Part shown: piece by piece, positions 58,033 through 64,000 of the stretch
Numbering within the stretch: the stretch's first letter is position 1
Layout: each line of letters starts with the position of its first letter
Virus record (IMG/VR): IMGVR_UViG_3300031688_000003
Coordinates: 55,272-119,271 of that record
DNA: 64,000 bases
Reading direction: 5' to 3' (one strand)
From: a virus
The notes under the pieces: model-generated
What the model saw: only the letters and a program-made list of their open reading frames with translations
Told to the model about the DNA's origin: nothing
Databases searched by the model: none
Made by a program: the position numbers and the translations under genes

Positions 58033-59208
58033 TTAAAATGGTAATGTGTCTAATGCAAGATGTTCCTCATTTATCACCTGACCTAAGTTTTTATCAATAC
58101 ATTTCTTTTTATATTCAGGTTTAAGTTTTAGATCAGTTCTTTTGAATTCAAATACTGAATCAGCATCCATTCCAAAACTACTTTCTATAACAGTTTGATA
58201 TAATGAGTCAAGTACAGAATTCATTACATACTTAGTTAAACCTTTATCTTCAATTAATTTAGTAATAAAAGAATTGTAAGGATGCACGCTATGTCTAGCA
58301 TAGGTTAATGCATATTTCTCAAATTTAGATCTAATAGTTTTAAAGTTAACATGGCTCCATGATTTTCCAGCTCTAAATGTTTGCTCATATTGAAAGAACA
58401 ATAATGCTATAAAACCTTTTGAATCTTCAACATTACAATTAGATATTATTTCCATACCTAACATTATGTTTTCTTGATCAGAACTTTTAAACATTGCATT
58501 TAATTGATCATATACTTTTGCATCAATGGTTAATGAATCTTCAGTTGCAATATCATTTACATATGTATCCATTATCAAATTGTCAGACTCTGCATTTAAA
58601 TAATCCCAAATTTCTATATGTCCAGGTATAACATAACTATGATAACCTCTACTGCTAGTTATATCTTCTAACTTTTGTAGAAATTTTTGAGCTTTTGTAT
58701 TTTGAGTATTCCAATAATATGTAGATGTTGATTTTATTATATAATAGTTGCTTACATCTAATTTAGATATGAAATCATTTTCTAATGTAGTATTTTTAAA
58801 ACCATTTTTTCCTTTATACATTCCCGTTAATAATGCAATAAAGTCTTCTCCAGTTACTAAAGAATCCCAAGTTGTACTAACTAAAGAGTTTATGTATGTC
58901 ACACTAGTTATAATACAATCAGCCTTTTTCATATCTCTTGTTGACTTAGTATTATATTTATCATGTACTATATTTAATTTTTCTCTTGGTAAAGATAGTT
59001 TAGGTGTTCTATATATTAGTTTACCACTTAAATTATTAAAATCAATTTTGTTTAAATTTGCATCTTCAATAATTCCAACATCTATTTCAGTACTATTTTG
59101 CCATTTATCTGAGCTACTTTTATAAATACCTATCTCATTTAAGTAAAATGCATCTAAACACTGATCTTTTTCATTTGCATTAAAGCTTACTTCTATAATT
59201 TTTTTCAT
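58033..59208 (-). CDS. Hypothetical protein associated with MoxR/VWA, paralog of 59205-60266
   Basis: IYRTPKLSLPREKLN...TRDMKKADCIIT resembles FVFPGCDVSQDRIK...TNDYELADVYIT (BRCT-like). Confidence 0.55.
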   Translation of the reverse strand: MKKIIEVSFNANEKDQCLDAFYLNEIGIYKSSSDKWQNSTEIDVGIIEDANLNKIDFNNLSGKLIYRTPKLSLPREKLNIVHDKYNTKSTRDMKKADCIITSVTYINSLVSTTWDSLVTGEDFIALLTGMYKGKNGFKNTTLENDFISKLDVSNYYIIKSTSTYYWNTQNTKAQKFLQKLEDITSSRGYHSYVIPGHIEIWDYLNAESDNLIMDTYVNDIATEDSLTIDAKVYDQLNAMFKSSDQENIMLGMEIISNCNVEDSKGFIALLFFQYEQTFRAGKSWSHVNFKTIRSKFEKYALTYARHSVHPYNSFITKLIEDKGLTKYVMNSVLDSLYQTVIESSFGMDADSVFEFKRTDLKLKPEYKKKCIDKNLGQVINEEHLALDTLPF

Positions 59209-60266
59209 ATTTTCATTTTTTTATATAATTTATACTCAGGCTTAAGTTCTACTTTGAAAGTATATAAGTCTCTGTTCTCAATTCTTATTTCTTTTCTTAC
59301 AATACCTTCTAAATATTGAAAAGATTCATTATTAAGAAGTTCTTGCTCTTCAAGATATTGTATCATTTCAAGTGCACTACGTCTACGTATTTCTTGGATT
59401 TCAGAAACACTTATCCAGAATTGTACATCCTTATTTCTATTAAAGTTATATAGATTATCTAATTCTTGAGATAGTGCCCAAAGTAAATGGTACTTTTCCT
59501 TATACTTTATAGTAGGAAGAATAGAACCAATCATATTATGATCATCATTATTACGAGAATTCTGTAAAGCTGTAATATCTGATATTAGTTGTTCTGTTAG
59601 GTCAACTTTATTTGCAGATTGATTTAAAACTTTTTCAACATGCCATACTTCAGCATTACCCATTTCTACATTGTATGCACAATTCACTGCCATCCCAGTT
59701 AATAACCAAGACTCAACTGGCATTGAGAATGTTGTAAACAAACGCCTGTTGAACCATTGATCAAGTTTATCATCAACTATTATTCTTGCTCTTTCACCAC
59801 CCTTCATATTATTAGTGTCATCAGTATAGTTTGTTATTATTGTAGAACCTTCTTCTACAGAGTCATAATTCCACAATTTAGGAAATAAAGTTGTTGATTT
59901 AACTGTATCTCCATTTTCAAAATTACCATTTATCATAAAATGAGTTATATAAACATCTGCTAATTCATAATCATTTGTTACAGTAACTTTATGTTCTTTT
60001 AATGCAGATTTAATTCTATCTTGTGATACATCACATCCAGGAAATACAAAAGCTTTTTTTAACTTAGTTAAATCAGGAGCTTTAGTTTCATCATCATCTG
60101 ATAATATTGCTTTTAACTTTCTCCAAGTATGTGCGCTTTCATCAGCGTGAACTTTTTCTATATTGCCATTAGACCCACTGACCATGATCCCATAAGGATC
60201 ACAGTCAATGTTAAAGTGGTCAATAGCTGCTTGTAATGTTGGTTGGTTAACATTTTTTGTTGCCAT
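59205..60266 (-). CDS. Hypothetical protein associated with MoxR/VWA
   Basis: 353-aa ORF, weak paralogy to its neighbour. Confidence 0.55.
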   Translation of the reverse strand: MATKNVNQPTLQAAIDHFNIDCDPYGIMVSGSNGNIEKVHADESAHTWRKLKAILSDDDETKAPDLTKLKKAFVFPGCDVSQDRIKSALKEHKVTVTNDYELADVYITHFMINGNFENGDTVKSTTLFPKLWNYDSVEEGSTIITNYTDDTNNMKGGERARIIVDDKLDQWFNRRLFTTFSMPVESWLLTGMAVNCAYNVEMGNAEVWHVEKVLNQSANKVDLTEQLISDITALQNSRNNDDHNMIGSILPTIKYKEKYHLLWALSQELDNLYNFNRNKDVQFWISVSEIQEIRRRSALEMIQYLEEQELLNNESFQYLEGIVRKEIRIENRDLYTFKVELKPEYKLYKKMKI

Positions 60267-60267
60267 A

Positions 60268-61521
60268 TTATTTTACAGTCATTTTCATTATTTCAGGATT
60301 CATCATTAATTTGTTGAATTTCTGTTTGTTACCATTGAAGATTGTTCTAATAACTAAGTATTTAAGATCATTAGTAAAGTAATCCTTAGTACATAATGCT
60401 ATTATTCTATCAGTAATCTTCTGAGTTACAGTTTTCTCATTTGAGTATACCACGGCATAGTTAGCTAATCTTGTTGCTAAAGTAGAGGCAATGTCTGCTC
60501 TATAATCATCATCTTTACCAATACAACTACCAAGTTCACCAAGAATATAAGCTTCATTATCATGAGTTAATAAATCTTTTGGATTTACTAATTTATCTAA
60601 CTTGTTATTAATAAATGTAGTAAACATAGAAGCAAACTCATCTCCTACAGATCCTTCCCCAATCATTTGGATTAATGGTAAATCTTTCTCAAAGTTCTCA
60701 ATACTAGATATAGCATTAAAGAATGTTGTAATAGATCTTGCATTAGTCTCTTGTGTAACTAACTCAGGATGCATTAATAAGAAGTTAATACATCTTGTAT
60801 CAATACCTTCTGATTCTGCCCAACGAGCCCATACATCTACATCAAACTTTAAGTTAGCTGTGATATATCTTGTCTTTTGTGCTGAATCCACACTGTTAAC
60901 CATATAATCTCCATTGTCAGGATTAGAAGTTAAAATGATATGCCAGTCTTTTGGAAGAGACCATGAAATGTAAGTCTGTCTATCTACTAACTCCATTACT
61001 GCTTGAATAAATCTCATGTCTGCACGGTTCCAGTCATCAAGAAGAAGTATACCACCTTCTTTTGCATCAGCAATCCATTCAGGTGCACAGTAAGACATTC
61101 TGTTTTTACCAGTTACTTTCCATCCTTGTCTAAGATATTCTTCAACTGCAAGTTCATCAACCCATTGTCCAACTTTTTTAGTTTGAGTTGAATTTGCTGC
61201 TGCTGCTTGTGCTTGTGCAGGTGAATAGCTTAAATCATCTATCTTTTTAGCTACTTGCTTCTCTTTATACATTTGGAATTGTCTAACAGGAAATCCAACT
61301 AAATCACCTAATTCTTCTATCTGAGCAAGATTAAGTTTAACAAATTTTAATTTATTTTCTTGAGCTAATTGTATTACAGCTGTTGTTTTACCAATACCTG
61401 ATTCACCAACTATCTCAATTGCTACTGGTTTTTTACCTCCTTCTTGTAGAAATCTATTGTTTTTAATAACATGATTTGTGAAATCTTTTACTTCATCAAT
61501 GTTTAAATTTACTTGTGCCAT
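60268..61521 (-). CDS. MoxR-type AAA+ ATPase
   Basis: Walker A GESGIGKTT, Walker B LLLDDWNRAD, sensor IILTSNP; start MAQVNL at 61521 preferred to 61578. Confidence 0.85.
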   Translation of the reverse strand: MAQVNLNIDEVKDFTNHVIKNNRFLQEGGKKPVAIEIVGESGIGKTTAVIQLAQENKLKFVKLNLAQIEELGDLVGFPVRQFQMYKEKQVAKKIDDLSYSPAQAQAAAANSTQTKKVGQWVDELAVEEYLRQGWKVTGKNRMSYCAPEWIADAKEGGILLLDDWNRADMRFIQAVMELVDRQTYISWSLPKDWHIILTSNPDNGDYMVNSVDSAQKTRYITANLKFDVDVWARWAESEGIDTRCINFLLMHPELVTQETNARSITTFFNAISSIENFEKDLPLIQMIGEGSVGDEFASMFTTFINNKLDKLVNPKDLLTHDNEAYILGELGSCIGKDDDYRADIASTLATRLANYAVVYSNEKTVTQKITDRIIALCTKDYFTNDLKYLVIRTIFNGNKQKFNKLMMNPEIMKMTVK

Positions 61522-61540
61522 TTTCTTTTTTTTTATTTTA

Positions 61541-62707
61541 TTAATTAAGTTGTATTTTTTGTCCTGGTAAATCTTCATTTATCTGACATCTTGTACTATG
61601 AACCCATAACGCATTTTGAGGGCATTCTTCTGGTGGATATGCTTCACCATCTGTTAAATATATTAAAGCAGTATACTTCCCTACTTTATTGTAATGATCT
61701 ATTACTGGTTGGAATTCTGTACCTCCCCTACCTTTAACTTCCCAATCTTTCTTTGGATTAAAGTCTTCTATAGAATTTATTTGTGTATCACATTGTGCTA
61801 CGGTAATCTTATGGCCTGTTTTATGCATGTGAACTAACTCATTCATGAATTCTTTGAGTTCATCATTAGACACAGATCCTGATGTGTCAACACCAACAAG
61901 TATATGATTTTTAAATTTAATCTTTAAACCAGGATTAGCAGCATATCTTTTATTATACTTTCTCCTTAACTTCTTAGTATATGAGATAGTAGAATTACCA
62001 ATAAATCTCTTTAAATAACCTTTCCAGTCAAATGATGGTGGTTCAATATGTGTTAACCTATCAATAAGTTCAGCAAGCTCGCCAGGAACATGACCACATC
62101 TTTTAACAGTTTGATCTGCAGTTTCTTTCAATTGATGTTCAACTTGTTTATGTACAAGTTTTTTATCAGCTTCAGATAATTCATCAAATTCTTGCCATGT
62201 TGGATGATCATATGGACTATCACCATTCATTTGTTGCATTACATTATTTAATGCATCACATTCACCATCTTCACAGGCCTGGTCTAATAAGTCATAATAA
62301 ACTTTAGTACCTGCTTTAGTTGGAAGATTTAATTCTGCAAATGTTTCTAATTTTAAACCTCCATCTGGAAGATAATCATCATCTATATATTGATTAATCT
62401 CTATATCTGCTGCTATGTTAAACAACTTAAAGTTTGGAAATCTATCTTTCATTATCATATGTCCAAATGACACATGTAATAATTCATGTTTAAGCAAGCC
62501 TATTTGATGTTTATCAGGTAATCTTGTAAAAAATTCAGGGTTAATTGATAATTGTATACCAATACCTTTTGGACTCACACCTGCTGTAGGAATGTCCTTT
62601 CTAAAGACTTTATTAAGCCCAATTAAAAAGAGCCCATAAAAGGGCTCTGATAATATTAATGTTTTACTAGCTCTTGCAAGCTTGTCCTGCATAAGTTGTT
62701 TATTCAT
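61541..62707 (-). CDS. DUF2201-type protein: N-terminal HExxH metallopeptidase-like domain plus C-terminal VWA domain
   Basis: LLKHELLHV, NIAADIEIN; MIDAS VGVDTSGSV, GRGGTEFQP, IYLTDGE. Confidence 0.85.
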   Translation of the reverse strand: MNKQLMQDKLARASKTLILSEPFYGLFLIGLNKVFRKDIPTAGVSPKGIGIQLSINPEFFTRLPDKHQIGLLKHELLHVSFGHMIMKDRFPNFKLFNIAADIEINQYIDDDYLPDGGLKLETFAELNLPTKAGTKVYYDLLDQACEDGECDALNNVMQQMNGDSPYDHPTWQEFDELSEADKKLVHKQVEHQLKETADQTVKRCGHVPGELAELIDRLTHIEPPSFDWKGYLKRFIGNSTISYTKKLRRKYNKRYAANPGLKIKFKNHILVGVDTSGSVSNDELKEFMNELVHMHKTGHKITVAQCDTQINSIEDFNPKKDWEVKGRGGTEFQPVIDHYNKVGKYTALIYLTDGEAYPPEECPQNALWVHSTRCQINEDLPGQKIQLN

Positions 62708-63101
62708 AATTTAAATTTATTTTAATATCTTTGATGATCTTTGTTCCTCCTATATGTTTAAGATGATTAGTAGCTAACTCTAGAATCATTTCTTCTATTA
62801 TTTTCATTTCAATATTAGGAATCATTTGAGTTTTTGATATATGTTTTTTAATAACTGGAAATAGATTTTTCCATTCTAAGTTAATACCAAACATATCATC
62901 TACAACTAGAAAAAGACTATTTGATATTGATCTACGTAATTTAACCCTATTCTCTTTATATAATGATTTTAATAATAATGTCATCATTACTTTGTTTGGC
63001 TCTAAGTTTTTAAGAACTTCTATAGCAACATTATAATCATCCTCTATATCATTGTTTAACATTTTTTTTATGTTGTGAAATTCTTCATAGCTTAATTTCA
63101 C
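62700..63101 (-). CDS. Hypothetical helical protein
   Basis: 133-aa ORF; N-terminus resembles an internal helix of 58033-59208. Confidence 0.55.
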   Translation of the reverse strand: MKLSYEEFHNIKKMLNNDIEDDYNVAIEVLKNLEPNKVMMTLLLKSLYKENRVKLRRSISNSLFLVVDDMFGINLEWKNLFPVIKKHISKTQMIPNIEMKIIEEMILELATNHLKHIGGTKIIKDIKINLNYE

Positions 63102-63583
63102 TTTAGTTTATATGGTTTATTAAACTCTGCATCATCAGGTTTTGACATCTTAACATCAGAATCTTTCTTCTTGTTCTTAGATTCATATTTACCTTCTATT
63201 TTTATTAATACTCCTGGTTCTTCTTTGTTGTATTCAAAGTCTTCTAGGACTGGTATGATAAATGTTGCATTATCATCTTCTATCCAACCATGTTTAGTCA
63301 TTTCATCCTGCACAGTCTGTAAAGGATTAATGTGATCAAACTTATGGCGTGAACCTCTTATAAATTTAAAAGAAACATATACTGGTGTTTCATACTTTGC
63401 AAACTCTTTAGCAAAAGATGCTGCAGTACTCTTATAGATACTGTCTGTATCTTTTCTGTACTTCATTGTTGTTTTACTTGCTATAAAGAATTTTCCTGTC
63501 CACCTTCTGCTATTTTTAGAACTTGGTACATTACCTGGTATAAACCATGATGAAAATGAACCTAATATTGAATCATCTTTCAT
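63098..63583 (-). CDS. RusA-like Holliday junction resolvase
   Basis: PGNVPSSKN at the N-terminus; FDHINPLQTVQDEMTKHGWIEDDN acidic catalytic pattern. Confidence 0.7.
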   Translation of the reverse strand: MKDDSILGSFSSWFIPGNVPSSKNSRRWTGKFFIASKTTMKYRKDTDSIYKSTAASFAKEFAKYETPVYVSFKFIRGSRHKFDHINPLQTVQDEMTKHGWIEDDNATFIIPVLEDFEYNKEEPGVLIKIEGKYESKNKKKDSDVKMSKPDDAEFNKPYKLK

Positions 63584-63939
63584 TTGTTTAAAGCTTTTAG
63601 ATTCTTAATTTCTTTTAAGTATTTTCTAATAGTTTTTGAAACAGTTGCATAGTGACAATCTAGATCTATGGCTATTACTTTCATAGGTGTATCCATATTG
63701 TTCAACCAGTATTCAAGTATTTTAGAACGTTTATCTGTTCTTATTGTATACTTACCTTTATCTAAAAGTAATATACTTTCTTTCTCTATTAACTTTTTAC
63801 TTAAAAGTTCTTCAGAAGAAGCTTCAGTTTCTCCACTGTATTTCCACAGTTGATCTGCAGTCTTAACAATAGGACCATTATCTTTTTGCCATTGTTGTTC
63901 TTCTTCCATTTGTATGGCTACGTGATGTCTATTAATCAT
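63580..63939 (-). CDS. Putative helix-turn-helix DNA-binding protein
   Basis: C-terminal PMKVIAIDLDCHYATVSKTIRKY. Confidence 0.55.
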   Translation of the reverse strand: MINRHHVAIQMEEEQQWQKDNGPIVKTADQLWKYSGETEASSEELLSKKLIEKESILLLDKGKYTIRTDKRSKILEYWLNNMDTPMKVIAIDLDCHYATVSKTIRKYLKEIKNLKALNK

Positions 63940-64000
63940 CCCTGTGTTTGTTCATTTCTTCTAGTACTTTTTCTAATGCCCACTTTTCTGCAAAACGTAT
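63932..64000 (-). CDS. 3' end of a gene running off the window
   Basis: Open frame IRFAEKWALEKVLEEMNKHRDD-stop overlapping the next start. Confidence 0.45.
   Translation of the reverse strand: MRFAEKWALEKVLEEMNKHRDD

Larger units (their letters stand above)
1..64000. mobile_element. Segment of a crAss-like (Crassvirales-related) bacteriophage genome, Bacteroidota host
   Basis: Giant virion RNAP with DFDID loop and zincin, adjacent giant PD-(D/E)xK protein, PolB, NrdJ, holin, MoxR/VWA; dense stop/start coupling (TAATG, ATGA), no SD motifs, Bacteroidota-type promoters and secretion signals; no cellular housekeeping genes. Confidence 0.9.

Noticed and set aside
114-63853. The many 60-125 aa ORFs in the track that lie antisense to or out of frame within long genes (for example 24735-25103, 58748-59125, 11299-11643)
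   Set aside because: They are fully nested in well-supported genes, lack motifs and have the composition of shadow frames
1-64000. tRNA, rRNA, integrase or transposase genes
   Set aside because: No T-loop/cloverleaf signatures in the short intergenic gaps and no recombinase motifs seen; a tRNAscan-SE run would confirm

Overview
The whole window looks like part of an AT-rich lytic bacteriophage genome of the crAss-like (Crassvirales-related) type, infecting a Bacteroidota host. The phage family call rests on a giant virion RNA polymerase with a GADFDID catalytic loop and a fused zincin, plus a crAss-type family B DNA polymerase. The host call rests on TAnnTTTG promoters, no Shine-Dalgarno sites, signal peptides followed by Gln, and a type IX secretion sorting domain. 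Layout: (1) 1-40511, six giant plus-strand genes for probable virion-internal/ejected proteins; (2) 40523-42382, an inverted class II ribonucleotide reductase; (3) 42579-51134, a plus-strand late block with a LamG protein, four exported or membrane proteins, small basic proteins, a holin and an unannotated 26-aa CDGSH peptide; (4) 51208-64000, minus-strand early/middle genes (SPL-like radical SAM, DUF932, PolB, PD-(D/E)xK nuclease, MoxR/VWA, RusA-like resolvase). The most striking feature is that the first three giant proteins are cut into discrete modules by about 15 copies of a protein motif, [KR]-x-G-G-[SG]-L-x-K-A-Q. In ORF1 the modules are mostly different ADP-ribosyltransferase-like domains, followed by a lysozyme-like domain. 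I interpret these as virion polyproteins processed at di-glycine sites into a set of effectors; this is a hypothesis. All family assignments come from recognising motifs by eye; no database search was run. I saw no tRNA, rRNA, CRISPR array or integrase.
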